Made by a program: the position numbers and the translations under genes
Shown: piece after piece, positions 36,617 through 50,457 of the stretch
Layout: the number at the start of each line of letters is the position of its first letter
Numbering within the stretch: position 1 is the first letter of the stretch
Notes under the pieces: generated by a model
Told to the model about the DNA's origin: nothing
What the model saw: the letters and a program-made list of their open reading frames with translations, nothing else
Databases searched by the model: none
Source of the DNA: Phoronis australis
Taxonomy: Eukaryota; Animalia; Phoronida
Length of the DNA: 64,000 nt
NCBI GenBank assembly: GCA_002633005.1
Contig: NMRA01000294.1
Span: 1 to 64,000, forward strand
Reading direction: 5' to 3'

Positions 36617-37729
36617 GTGAAACACTGAGCTCGTCATGTTACAACGGTGGTGTGACGTTAATGATTGTAGAATGTTGGTATAAGTGCTGGGTCAAGATTC
36701 AGTTCCCACAAGAATGTTACACGACTGTGAGCAGCGCTACCTGTAAGTAAAACGTCACTGCATCCAGCGCCATCTGTTTGTGGTAAAGGTTTTGGATGAG
36801 CGGGGACCTTTTGCGTGGTCACTCATATTGAGGCCAGTATATATATGCTTTACGTACATTGCAGGCCACTGTCACTGCTTCTACAAAACACTAAAACCAT
36901 TAACAAAAGCTGTAACAGCAAACCCTTTGTAATGAGAATCATCTCCCTGAATATTCCAGTGACATGCCAATGGGTTTTATTTCTTGTTATTTGGTTCTAA
37001 GACCCAAACAAGAAAGTGGTATTTGCATGATTCACTTCAAAATGACATTGCTCTGAAAGCAAGACATTCAATGAAATGGTTTTGGCCGGGAGCCGTTATT
37101 GTCAAAACAAGCCTAAATGCTGTTCGTACTTTTATTCTCCATTATGTTGTTTTTGTCAAAGACGATAATTCTCCACCACCAAATGGAATTTTGAAACTGG
37201 AACCCTAACAATGCATTTGTGGATTCTCTGTTAAAGAAGTTGTAGCTGGAATCTGAAAGCAAGTTTGTGATTTAAAGTTCCAGGTTCTTGTTTATGAAGG
37301 ATGAGACTCAATCTCTTATAAGACAATTTCAGCACACAAAGTTGCTGGAAAGTGGGAATAGGTCACAAGACACAAACTTAAACGCTGACTGTAATTCACG
37401 GTCAAATGCTAAATCATGCAGCTACAAATTCATCTGGGGCAAATTTTGGCATTTCGAGCCATGAATTTTTGTCCAAAATGGTCACAATCGAGTCACTGTG
37501 TCATGCAGTGAATAGCTACTGAAATTCAGGAAGGTGCTGCTGCCGTAATCTAATTAGCCACTTGCTTTTTATTGGATGTCCCACGTGAGACTGCAGAGGG
37601 AACGATGAAAAGCACATGCTTTGTTTTTCCATCGTGTGAACATTATTCTGTTGCCTGTGCTCTACAACTTTACATTATGCTATGGTGAGGCCGGGCATGG
37701 TGTTTGTAATGGTGAGGCATGGTGTTTGT

Positions 37730-37925
37730 GATGGTGAGACATGGAGTTGTGGTGGATGCAACAAAACTGCCCTTGTTGTCTTTCCAAAGCAGAAGACCCT
37801 CACAAAGAAATGGCACAAATTTGTGAGTGATACCAAAATATGGGACGTCAAAGACTCAATTGCCAGGCTTGTGAATCCCTTGACATGTTACAATCACTTT
37901 GTCAAGTGTTGCTTTGATGAGAGAA
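37730..37925 (+). pseudogene. THAP zinc-finger remnant
   Basis: CGGCNK...FPKQKTLTKKWHKFV...TCYNHF fits the THAP C2CH, FP and W pattern. Confidence 0.6.
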
Positions 37926-38558
37926 TTGCAGTAATTACTGAGATCACTCGACTCGGGAATCAAACCACTATTTATTTATATATTATTTTTTGTTAATGTA
38001 ATATTTACAATGAGGGTAGCCCCATCAGTTCACACTGCTTTCTTTCCATGGAGGCCCCTGATAAACCCGGTAAGTGTCTAAACCATTTCACTGTTTAGTG
38101 CAATGGGCTCAACCATGACGCCTGCTGCACCACTAGAAGGTTCGATTATTTTAATCAAAAAGTACAAATATCATTATTTTTCAGTTATGGTCTATTTTAT
38201 TCAACATTGGGAATTGTAAACAGACATCAGGCAAAACAGTATACAGGGGTCTTATCACTACGCTAACATATTGAAAGTATGCAAATGGTGTTATTAAATA
38301 CCTTATACCTACCTTAAGCAGAGAGTTCTCCAAGGAATTTTGGCCACATTGAATACAGGCGCTGGGTTGTCTTCACGGTCATAATCATGTTCTTCGACAA
38401 ATTTGATGATTGGATCTGAAATTTTGTCCATTATAGCATGTATCATATTCCACACACATGCAATGTGTACGTTTCGCAAAAACATGAAATTTTTCTGTAC
38501 GCCTCCATGTGACACTGCGTCTCTCAATTTAAGTATGTGACTGTCTAAAGACAATATA

Positions 38559-39979
38559 CAGTACTCGTCCGGGTTACCGCCTATGCTCGGCTTACTGCCC
38601 ACCCCTGAAATTTTCAATTTTTCATTTTTAAGCACCCGTGCTTGGCTTACCGCCCACCACCCATTTTTTATGATCGAGACCTCCTTAAAAGTGTGTGCTT
38701 TTGTGAATGTTCGTCTTGCAAAACTAAGATTCCAAAACGTGCGTAACTCGCTTACCTTTCAATGACAATCAATCAAGTTTTAGTGGAACCGGGAACTTGC
38801 CTTACTATGGCGGTAAAATACCCATATTCTCATGCTAGATTAAGCGCAGAATTTTGTGTCGGCATATACTGATTACTGAGACAGCACTTGTTAAATGTAT
38901 TTCATTGCCATGGAAGAACCAACAAAGCGGTACTTGACAAGAATTTCAAGTCCATGTCCTACCTCTCTGGATTACCCTGACAGTACACGAAACATCACCA
39001 CCCTGAGCAATGAAACAAAAAAACAAGAGCACACGCGGCTGGTACCTGACCAACAATTTTGGAAACTCCACCAACATTATTTTGGATGCATTGTTTTGAA
39101 TGCAAGCAGATACGGGCCATTGTTTCATGTCTTTGTTAAACGAATGTTTTTAACGACTCACTCCTGACACCAAGGAAGCACCCAACCAAATCAACTGCGC
39201 AAGAAATTAACTTGTAATTAAGCGCAAGTCGAACATTCTATCCACATCTACGTGGTCAAAAACTTATTTTTTGAATTCTTGATTTGCCTGTTGACTTTTT
39301 ACATGATGTGTTTTTGCTTATTTTCGCAGCCGACTGACTACGTATCATGCGATTGTTGAGCACTTCGGCTTTAAAAAAATTTCTGGGAGGTCGGTGTTGG
39401 CTGTTCAACACAGAAACATACTATGTATATAAAGTGCTACATTGATCAAACTAGGTTCAAAGTATTTAGAAGAAAGACTGGCTGTCAATCATTAGCACGT
39501 TTGGTTACCAAACTAACTAGTGGCGGCATATCTTTACAAAATCACCTGCTTCCCGTAGCAGAACCTGACGATCTAGCGTAGTCTTGTGTGATCTTGTTTT
39601 TCTCTCAAAAAACTTGGCCGACTGAAGGCACGTCTATCTGTAAGAATACCTTAGTTCCAAGACATGAGGAGCAGCGACCAAGGTACGTAATAACCCAATC
39701 ACGCTCGGGATCACGGTGCCACTGTATTGTGTGTGCCAATTCCACTTCAGCACGTCGAAGTCCGTTACTTCAATCCGCCGACGTATACTTTAACTGACAT
39801 GCTTAGAGTCCGACGTCAGTGAAGCTATGTGAGGGTGAAATCGGTCCTTTGTGCAGTACGCACCCACTCTTGACTTTTCAAAAATTTCAATTTTAACCAT
39901 CCATGCTTGGCTTTAAACGCCCAACCCGTTTTTTAGATTCCCAATTTAAGTGCCCTGGGCGGTAACCCGGACGAGTATG
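38559..39979. mobile_element. Tc1/mariner-pogo-like non-autonomous TIR element
   Basis: TA + CAGTACTCGTCCGGGTTACCGCC ... GGCGGTAACCCGGACGAGTA(C)TG; shares subterminal TTTAAGTGCCCTGGG with the element at 48012. Confidence 0.75.
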
Positions 39980-39999
39980 ATATTTCCACAAAATAAAAG

Positions 40000-41100
40000 A
40001 ACTCGCAAACGACATGGTGTTATATTCCTCTACTGCCATCAAATTTCAAGGTACCTGGTATGTTAATTGGCAGAATTTTGCAAATCATGGAGCATGCAAG
40101 TGAACTTGAAGAAAACCAAGGTGATCCTTTTCAGAAATGGCAGTCCCCTTAAACATCATGAGAAATGGTTCTACAATGGAACTTTGGTCGATATGGTGTT
40201 TCATTACAAATACCTTGGACTGTTTATTACCCCCAAGAGTTTCGTGGACCAAAGCCATTAAAACGTTATCTACTTAAGAAAAATAAAGCTGCCTCAGCAA
40301 TTTGTTAATTAAAGTGAAGATGTCATGATCTACCTCTATCGAAAGCCTTTCACCTGTTGGATAAAATGGTTTACCCCTCTTTGTGTTATGGCACTGAGAT
40401 ATGGGGCTTAAAGGAGTATGAACAATTGGAAAATGTACACTTTAGAAGTATGCAGTTGTTGTTCTAACTTGGCAGTTACGGGAGAATGCGGTCGCTTCCG
40501 ACAGTTTACTATATATTTTCTTTTATAATGTATAAAATACTGGTTCAAAATACTGGGGATGCCTAACAATAGCTGCATATGATATGCTTTTTCGGTCAGA
40601 CCTGATTGGAAGACCTTCTTATGATTGGGCAAGTTATTAAGTACACTTCCGTCTGTATATGGTTTTTCAGATGTATGGATTAATCAAGCACATTTTAACA
40701 GTTTTTTTCCCAGCATGTCAGTGACTGTTATTTGCAAGGCTGGGAATCTGTTATGGAATGTAATGCAAAACTGTCTTGCTATGTGGGGTTTAAAACAACG
40801 TATTGTCTAGAGAATTATTTTAAAATAGTTAGTATCCCACGTTTTTATCCAGTCTCCGATTCAATTGCGATGCTCAAATCATTCATAACTTGTGGAAAGA
40901 GATCGCCACACAAATATTCCCTATAAAAATAGTTTGTGTGAGTTATGTAATTCGGGATGTGTAAAGGACAAATACCACCATGAGTTAGTCAGCAAAGCAC
41001 ACCAAGACTTTCGGATTAAGTGCTTACAAGTGATCAGTTTTGTCATTCTCCCACGACATCTAAATTTGAATCTCTCATGAGGACTCCAGATACGTATCCT
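40000..41100 (+). mobile_element. Degenerate LINE ORF2 3' part (RTE-X/CR1-group-like)
   Basis: W.MQVNLKKTKVILF...YKYLG, LCYGTEIWG, and a C-terminal R...NIP....LCELC...D.YH zinc-finger remnant; many frameshifts. Confidence 0.75.
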
Positions 41101-43320
41101 ACTTATAAAATTCGACCATCATGCTCTATACTATCCAGTTTGTTATGCACTTAACAATATACTGTCTAGTATATGTTTTATTTTGGGCCTATGGCCATAT
41201 GTGAATATTTCAATAGATATCTATTAACTAATGTATAAAACATGCTATGAACTGGTTGTACCATTTAATTAGATGAAACCTCCAAGGATTCAATAGACTT
41301 ACATACATGTGATTGGATGAATTATAGTGCACTTAGAAAATAGAGCAATCATTAAAGGAATACAGCCACATAGCTTGTGACTTAACTGTTCTAATATGGA
41401 CCAAGTGCCTGCTAGACAGTAAACAGCCAGCACCATAATCATTACGCTATTAAAAATTAATCAGCTCTCTGTACAAGCTATAAGGACACACTTAGATGCA
41501 ATGAACGAATGTGAATGTGTCCTTCTAGGTTGTAAACTTAAGTTACTACGACCTATCAGGCCACACCCACAGCACAAGTGATGATGTGATTGGCGCTACA
41601 TTCTGTAGACAAAAGACGCGCGTAAAAAACTGACAGAACAGAACAGAAACAATGAGTTCTATCCCATAATTCAACATTCCAAGGTGGCCCACCAATTACT
41701 TCAAATGTGCGGTCACCATTTCATTGGGGTATGGACACAAAACATACTCCCGAAAACACTTAAAATATTTTACGTTCTTGCATCATCTTGCTTTTACAAG
41801 TGAGATTTCCTCGTTTCTACAGAACGCAGTCCTAAAGTTATCAGTGAGCTGGATGTCAGTAATCGACCGGTGATTCCAATAGCCCAGTTGGACTAAAGCA
41901 ACAGCATGGTTAGCAGAAAGTTCCAGGTACGATCCCCACTTGTGACAGAGATCATTCAGACTTCTGTAACAGACCATGTGACTTGACCAACATGGTTAGT
42001 TACGTTCACTACAACGTCTGCACATCAACATCTTTAACTTTTAAGTTAGTGTTTCAGAAATATACCTCCACTATGGGTTTGATTGAAGTACACTTCTTCT
42101 TTGTACAGCACAAACTCCACAACAGTGTTAATACGTGTCATGAAAAGCCAATAAAACTCCTTTAGGTCATTCCTCTTGTGTTCCGCACCAGGTGGCAGCG
42201 CAAAACGGTATGTGACATGAAGTGCGCTGTCAGTGCCTGAAATGTTTAGACGTGTGTACCAAGTAACATGTATATATACTGAATTTAATTTCATTATAAG
42301 TAATTGATAGTCTCTATTTTTATATTTTTACAATGTAGACAGATAAAAAAACTATCAGTATCTGCATCTAAATTTGAAGCACGTTCCAATACCTGAAGCA
42401 ACTTAGTAAAACCTTGTGCAACTATTTTACTCATTACCAATACCTGCATCCCAATGTATTCTAAAAGCACAGAAACTTTTACAAGAACTGAATCTTTTTG
42501 CACTTATTGATTACGTATCCCTGTGATTGAGAATTCCTGCAAGTTTTGTAACACCAATAAGCCGGTCTTGAAGATGCTTTTGTCAGACATCTGTGAGACT
42601 ACTGAGATTTATTAATTGAATTAATAACCATTAGAGCATGGGTTGCAATCATATCCCTCAGCTGGTTCAGAACTGCTATAGGGGATCATTATCTCTTATC
42701 TGATTTTGTATACCTTGCCCTATTGTGCCTGCATTGACTTTCATAATAAAGGGCTATTGTGGAGATGTTTAAACTGTAGGCTTGGGTAACAATAGGCATT
42801 CCTCTGCCTGTTACTAAAGACCAAGCTACACCACAAGGGAAAGCACTACTTTCAGCCTTTAGCTGGCCAAGCTTAGATATCTATGTCCATTTCAGTTGGC
42901 AGTGTTTTCGAAGAACTTCGGCCCAAGTATAAATATTACACTTCATTTCCCTCTGATAGCATGAAGCGCGCTTATCCCGAGTAAGAGATGATGACTGTTG
43001 GAAGTTTAAACATTTGAAATGTTCGTTGTAAAAGGATGTTTTACGAATACCATAATCATAGCTAGGGCCAAAACAGAACAGTATTTTTAAAGTCAGATAA
43101 GTTTTTACTATTCAAAGGCCACCTATTCTGATAGTGTTTTTGAATTCCAAGTTCATACGCCACATGATGCATCGTCTGAGCAGAGTCTCAAAACTCCCGA
43201 GAAATAAGTAACTGGTGTCAAATTCACGTTACTCTTGATTTAAAATATGTAGGACCTTCAAGTTTGTGCACTGAGATAGTACAATTCTCTGATCCCATTA
43301 GAAGACTAATCAATCGCGAG

Positions 43321-43555
43321 CATGCGCGCGCCCAGCCTTGAAAATGGGGGGCTCGAATTTCTGTCCATGTGGACAAAAAATCGAGAGGACTAAAAAAACG
43401 GGGTACCACCTTTCAGAACTGTGCGTATGCATCTTTTTTAGTGGACTTCTGACTCCTTTTCTCGGACTTTTCGTTTCTCTAAGATGGACCTTTTTGCCCA
43501 CTTCGCCAAATGGGGAGCTCACTCGAGCCCCCGAACCCCCCTGAGTGCGCGCATG
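43321..43555. mobile_element. 235-bp MITE with a 5-bp target duplication
   Basis: TIR CATGCGCGCGCCCAG / CTGAGTGCGCGCATG; GCGAG on both flanks. Confidence 0.75.
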
Positions 43556-44310
43556 GCGAGTACCGGCGTAGGCAAAACAGTACATTCGACTTTACTTGGT
43601 AACATTTACAGAAAAAAGTATTTTGCTTCTCCAAACGAGAAACTGGAATATCTTTAAATGATTAAAAATGAGGTATTCAAAGAGATGGAGTTGAGAAATA
43701 ATAATACAATCAGTTTCCTCATCTCAGCTTCAAATGAAGTATACATGTACAGGCAAACATTCTTTTTTATCATATTCGTATTTGGATGAATTCTCAACTC
43801 TTTTAACTGTTTTTCTATAAATAATCTCGTAGAAAACAAAAATGACTTTAAATCTTTATTTACGTGTACTGTGACTCAAAACCTGACAAATCTAAAACAG
43901 TTTTAATACATGTCATGCAAAAATGGACCTAGCATATGAGCAATATATATAACAGAATGAAAGAGAGCAATGACACCATACGCAAACAATTGCACCATTC
44001 ATACGAGTAGTCATAGTCTACCTATAATAGGAATACTATTCATGTAAGTTATGTGGTCAACATCTAACTCAGTAGATACCTATAGAAAATGATATTATGA
44101 GCAACACCTAAAAATAATTTGCATGTGTGCAATTTCGACAAACTACTTGCTGCCACTGAAAGAAGATTGTGCTCACAGCATCATTTTTCTACATGTTGCA
44201 TCCTATCACATGAAGCAGGGTGGCCATCATATAAAAATATACAATCAAATGAAAATGTTCACAGAAAGACATGTTACAAAAAACCTTGTACCATCCATAT
44301 GCCGACCAAT

Positions 44311-44321
44311 CATATATATAC

Positions 44322-44360
<39 letters not shown>
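44311..44360. repeat. (TA)n microsatellite
   Basis: Directly visible. Confidence 0.95.
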
Positions 44361-44364
<4 letters not shown>

Positions 44365-44644
44365 ACAGCAAATGCCAACACTAACAATGTTGGCTACATG
44401 GTAGTAATCATGTGATTGAGGATGCTATTGCTAGAGACATTTGATCATTCCCACACAATGTATGACTAGTGTGTGTGACAAAATAGAACTTCTGGGTATC
44501 TCCAATGCTATGGAGTTGGTAAACTACTAAATCAGACATACACCTAAAATAGTAAACAATACCCATGACTATCATATAGGGGCTTGCAAAAATAATTATA
44601 ATCATATATAATAGACAGTCACCAACAAAAAATAATATCAGAAA

Positions 44645-45600
44645 TGACTGTGGCAGAAAACTGAAAATGACTTGCCGTTGGATCTAAACAAGTTTTTTTC
44701 ACTCAATACATGCCATTCTTAGCTACTAAGTGTTTTACGCTGGTATCAAACAATGAAACAATCCTTGTTAATGTAATATAGCATCTTCAAAAAGACACAA
44801 CAAAATGGCAACTTTCAATGGAAACGAGGCAATGTAAAAAGCAAGCACCATCCATACATATATACATCACCAAGCACCAACACAAATTGTGTCACACAAA
44901 TGATCAATTACAATGGCCACATGGTTTCAATCATATGACTGAGACATCTGCAATGTTTTCAAAAAGTACACAACTAGTGTGTGTAAAAATGGAACACCTT
45001 GGTAGCACCAAAATGGAGTTGGTAATAAAAAAACTTTGAATGAAAAATTATACGAAGTGCTTGGTCGGATTACGCACCAACAAAATAGTAACCCGTACAC
45101 ATCTATCACACACGGTTTTTCAAAAATGGTTTTGGTTATGTGTATAACACTCAGTGAGCAAGAACAATACAATATTTTAGATCATGGCAGTAAAACTGAA
45201 AAGGACTTGCCGTTAGATCGAAACAAGTTTTTTCACTTAACACATACCATTACTTGCTACTAAGAGTTTTGCGTTGGTATCAAACAATGAAATAATCCTT
45301 ATTAATGCAATATAACATCTTCAAAAATACACAACAAAATACACAACTAGTGTGTGTAAAAATGGAACACCTTGGGTATCAGCAATGTCATGGAGTTTGT
45401 AGAATTTTTTATTCAAAATTTTTTATTGCCAAGCACCAACCAAATATTAACCCGTACATGTCTGTCATACAAGGTGTTTCAAATATAGTCATGTATAACA
45501 CGCAGTGAGCAAGAAAAATACAATATTTTAGATCAGTAAAGCTGAAAATGACTTGCCGTTACATCGAAACAAGTTTTTTCACATAATACATGTTATTATT
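44645..45600 (+). repeat. Degenerate tandem repeat of several-hundred-bp units
   Basis: ctgaaaatgacttgccgtt.gatc.aaacaagttttttcac recurs at about 44660, 45196 and 45542. Confidence 0.75.
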
Positions 45601-47320
45601 TCCTACTCGGTGCGTGTGACCCTTGCAAAAGTCGATGTAATCCGCCCTAACTGCCCTCTTTTTTGGAGACGATAAAGTATTCCACTGCGTCATCAGAGAG
45701 CCAAGATTCGCAGGTATCGTTTTTATTGCGTTACTGTCCAGCTTAATTGCCACTTCCTCTAGAAAGCGGTCCACCAGCCACACAGTGCCACTTTGGTTGT
45801 CGTCAAAGTGGATCACATCATCTCTAATCAGTTGCTTTAATAAGTGTCTCTGACCTGAAATTAAGGCATTTAACTAAAATTTTATTTCCAAAGTCTAAAG
45901 AAATACAAGATGCAGTATATAGAAGATATCAAAAAGTGCCTCCCAATTGGCACAAGTTTTAACTTTAAAAGGACACTACCCCTCCTTCGGTATTAACAGA
46001 CACAAGAACTTATCTAAACCACCATAACATGTAAGAAGTATTGAAAAATAACCATGTCATGTAATCTTTACGCATCAATGCTGGAACGTCAATGCAAAAA
46101 CACAAAATTTCTTCAAATGGGTGGTATGAAATGGCTTATACGGCATTGCTTATGGGTGTCACCGATTTGGACTCGGCATTAATCAGCACACAGAACAGTA
46201 AACAAGAGGCAAAAAATAAATAATATACTTCATAATGATAACTATTTTGAATACATGAATTCTAAAAACAAGGAGTGTGACCAAAGCGCAAAAAAATAAT
46301 CACATGTTTTAATGAAACTCTTGGTTTACAAATTGGCTGATTTATAAACTAAAGACCCTTTCATATTGACTTAACTCCGGTCTGAGCGGAGTGTCGACGT
46401 AACCAGCGCAGTTAACTGGACCGTTCATACTGGCTACGGTAGTTAATGAACATCAAAGTAAGCGGTTGTGTGCCGCTGTCGTCATCGAAGTTATCGCAAG
46501 GTAGCATTGCACGCTAAGATTTTCTTCAATGTTTCAATTTGGAAATATCTACATGTGCAAGCCATTTCTGCCTCCCGTTCAGTAATTAAAGCAAGGACCT
46601 CGCTAAAAAGCAAGACTTCGCGAGATTACGCGGTATGTTGCCGTGTATGTTAAATGAAAACACGCGACTTTAGCTAGGTCCTACCATAGGTCCTAGCGTT
46701 ACTGAACGCACCCCTGGTCCAAGGAGGGCAGAACAGCAGGCATATTTTCAAGGCCCAGTGACATATATTATGTTGTGAATATTAAAAAACATTTAAATAA
46801 AACATTCACTATTTTGTCACAGAGTACCAGTTGGGGATCATGCCACTGCTGCTTAACAGTTCCAGCAAGAAACAGTTCACGCATAGGCCTACACGATCTT
46901 GAGCTTAAGCAGACAGACTGCAAGTCGAAAGCCATGTTGTGTGACATGTGTTAAATACACACTACAAAATGGCGGGAAAATAGCAGAGCTTCAAATTCAA
47001 ATATTCGACCGATCTGCCATACACCGTGAAAGATGAGCTACTGATCGTTGCAAAAAAAAACAGAATATAGTGTTCTTAGAAATACAGTAAATGTACGTCA
47101 TTTTTAACAAACTTACCCCTTGAAAGCGTCGAGTTTGCCAGAGTCCGATAGGGCACTGCTGGTCTGACTTCGTCTTCGGAGACTTCTGTCATACTCCGAG
47201 CCCCACCCGAGAAACGAAGCTGAACAAACTCCCTCAGTTGTTCTTACTGTAGCAGGCTCCCAATGCCCGTTTTCATCCACAGCTTGAAGTCTATTTTTCA
47301 ATTTTATTGGCAGCAAAACA
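45600..47320 (-). pseudogene. Two-exon gene remnant: Tudor/chromo-barrel-like exon (47320-47117) spliced to an exon starting at 45854
   Basis: RLQAVDENGHWEPATV...FLGWGSEYDR and, after a frameshift, EDEVRP; GTAAGT donor at 47116 and tttcAG acceptor at 45855 agree in phase 1. Confidence 0.5.
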
Positions 47321-48011
47321 CTAGGCGGACATTGGAGGAAAGTGCTCGACACTGAAGTTGATTACCCGGTTATTGATGCACGAGGAAATATTTCTCAGAG
47401 AATTGAAAAAGAGTAACTACATTTTTAAATTTAATTTGGAAAATTATCAATAGAACGGTGTTAATAGAATATAAAAAACGTAATGAATGTATAATGTCCT
47501 CATTTGAAGCGTTTATTGACAAAACTGAACAAATGGTTCAAGCCGTTTTACGTGCGTATTAATTCTTCAATGCTGAGTGACGACAAGGTTTGTTTCTCGG
47601 CAAGTTGGGCATCAATTTTCGCCGTTCAACGACTGTATGTAATCGATTTTGATCAATAATTTTCAATATAGCACAAAAATTTTTAACACATGCATAAATA
47701 GTTATATCTGAAACTTCTATTCTGGTGTCTGCCCAAGGCCTAGTTAATGCTTACGTAATACTGCACAAGCGATTTGTGTGGTTGGCTGGCTCACTATAGA
47801 GCTATTGTTAGGACGGCATTGTCATGAGCAACAGCAGGCAACTGGGATAGGCTGACCCTCATGATACTGCCATTGACCAAGAACAGTCAGACTTCAGTTG
47901 GAATTTTAATTGATTGGTAACTCTTGAATAAGTTTCCCCAAAATTAATTCCACGAAATTTGACTGAATTCGGAATCTTGGCAAAATTTGTGTCTACTGCA
48001 AAAAATTACTA

Positions 48012-48760
48012 CCGTATTCACCATAATACTGAAGCACCCATGCCCCCATAAGCGCCCCCACACGTTTTCAGACTTTTCTAAAATAAGCGTCCAGCCCACG
48101 AACGTGTATACATGCAATAAATGCCTTACCTACAGTTCTAAAATTCTACAGTAACGTCTTCAATTTATCAATATCTGACAGTCCAGAAAAAATCATTGTG
48201 GGCAGAATTTCTAGACCACGAGCCTCGCCGCTATGTCAACAATTAGCCATGACAGACTTCAAGTTTCCGCATTGCTTCACAAAGAATGCAAAAGTTTTGC
48301 TGATCTTGCGAGGAGTGTATCCCATTCTGGTCAGGCCTTTCAGAACAGACGCAGCGTACTTGTGAATGGGATTGTATTATATCTTTCCTGTACAGCTTCT
48401 ATCAATAGGAATCCAGACTTCTTTGTACACACGAAAACCGCGAATCGAAGACTAATAAAACTTGACCAGTGTTAAAAGCACGTGGCCAAGAAGCGCGCGC
48501 TACATACATGAACTCTGATGACATGCACGCGCACAGTAACTCGCCACACACTTGCAACTTCAAAACAAATGTCACGTGACGACACATGTGTGTTCGCTCA
48601 GATTTTTCTTGTGTTGCGAGGTGCGATCTAGGGCATATTTAGACTTAATCTGCGGTTAATCCCGACTCCGACCGGGTTTCAACTGCTTTAGGCTACAATA
48701 AGCGCCCCACTTCCGAAAAGAATTTTTAAGTGCCCTGGGTGCTTATTACGGCGAATACGG
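48012..48760 (-). mobile_element. TA-flanked TIR element (Tc1/pogo-like) carrying a HIRAN-like remnant
   Basis: TA-CCGTATTCACCATAATA ... TATTACGGCGAATACGG-TA; the - strand encodes SIRGFRVYKEVWIP plus a segment similar to 7300-7520. Confidence 0.75.
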
Positions 48761-49429
48761 TAGTAAAAAATAGTCTCAATAAATACTGCAATAATTTCAG
48801 GCAATTTTCACATGGAAATGGCACCTTCATGTAGAATAGAATAGAATAGAATGTGCTTCATTCCAGACTTACATTTGTCCATAATAACTATTAACACAAT
48901 AATGAACTACATTAATGATGACTATATATCCTAACACCTAAGAGAATTAAACTCTAGAAACCAAACATCTGAGAAAAAATAAACTTAAGGTAACATGAAT
49001 AAAATGATCGTAATCAATACAAATGAATGCAGGATTTGAAACAAATACCGGAGTGTACTCATCTCTCATGTGTTAATGAATATCAGTCAAGAGAGAATAA
49101 AACAAACACCTAGACGCTTTCCATGGACAACAAGAGTGTCAATTAAATCAGTTTTTGGCCACAGTAAGATTAAAAACCGGACAAATCTAAAAGTTCATGT
49201 TCAATCAACGTTCCTCTATTCATTAGACATCATCAGGATCATATTTACACAAGGACAGCAAGTGGCTACATACAGCTCAGGTAACATCCATAAAGTGAAG
49301 CGAGATACAGGGAGTATAGTCAGTAGCTGGTCATCACCATAGTTGCAGGGTCACTGATCTCTGCATGTTATTCAGAGAATCAGTGGCATGCTGGTTCTAA
49401 ATGGCCAATGACTCTTTAAAAGGTTCTAT

Positions 49430-50316
49430 TGCCCGGTTGCATGAAACAGTCCCCAAAGGTTACGAATGTCATTAAGTCTTGGGGACGTCCCTAAATTTTA
49501 GGGACTGTTGCATGAAAAGTTCCCAGTTAGTTTAGGCATTAAACAGAAACTCAACTTTTGGGGTTATCGAAAGTAAGTCCCTAAGTTGAGTCCATAGCAA
49601 TAAAATGGCTGATCAAGCTCATATTGCTGTTGAAAAAAGAATTTTCTGTGACAGAACTAACCCGCTCGAGATGTTTAGCGACAGTACTGTTAACCTAAAC
49701 GAAAGATTTAGATTTTCAAGGGCTGTTTTTTTCATGATAGTTAGAGAGCTTGAAGAGAAGCTGGAGTTGTTGAACAGGTTCTCACCCAGTGTACAGGTTG
49801 GTAGTTCCATCATAAACTGAATTCATCAATTACTAGTGCCATGACTTACCCCACGTCTCACTTAATTCCCCGAGCAGACGATTTTAACAGCGCGTTGGGA
49901 ATTGCGGCGACTCCTACCGGAGATTCTGGTATTCTCACCAGCTCGCTGTTTTTTTAATTTACATTAGCATGGGTGGCCACAATCGATCGTCTGCTCTCTC
50001 AACAGCAGTAGAAACTCGAATTCTCAGATAATGCACATTGAGTGTGCACTCTACTCAAACAGTCATTCAAAAGGTGGAACAGAGGACGTAAATGCGACAG
50101 GTATTCTCTCGTTGATAGTAATTTTTGCCATATTAAGCGACCTTAGCCACGGCAATCATCGGGAACTTACTTCGAATTTAGGGTGCTCCCAATAAGGACC
50201 GAGTGTAGGACCACTTCATGCAATAGTCCTTAAACAAAATTCTTATAGGGACTTCCCTAACTAGTTTGGGAACTTGGTCAAGTCCCTAATTAGGGACTGT
50301 TTGATGCAACCGGGCA
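49430..50316 (+). mobile_element. Internally deleted Harbinger transposon
   Basis: TIR TGCCCGGTTGCAT.AAACAGTCCC at both ends; 49605-49800 encodes RIFCDRTNPLEMFSD...ERFRFSR, a HARBI1-like N-terminus; TSD not evident. Confidence 0.8.
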
Positions 50317-50457
50317 CTGAAGTATAATAACATGCATTTCTGATGTAATTTAATTGATGAATAAATTCTATATCAGAAATAACATCTTTGATTATCTTTC
50401 ACAATTTTGTAAAAAAGCGTTTTTCCAATGTTAATTCTTATTGGCTAACGCGCATCT

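Noticed and set aside
38309-38635. 108-aa ORF with an EHDY motif
   Set aside because: It crosses the terminus of the TIR element at 38559, so it is chimeric; the remainder is too short to assign
44119-44415. ORFs with YI/IY repeats
   Set aside because: Translation of the (TA)n microsatellite
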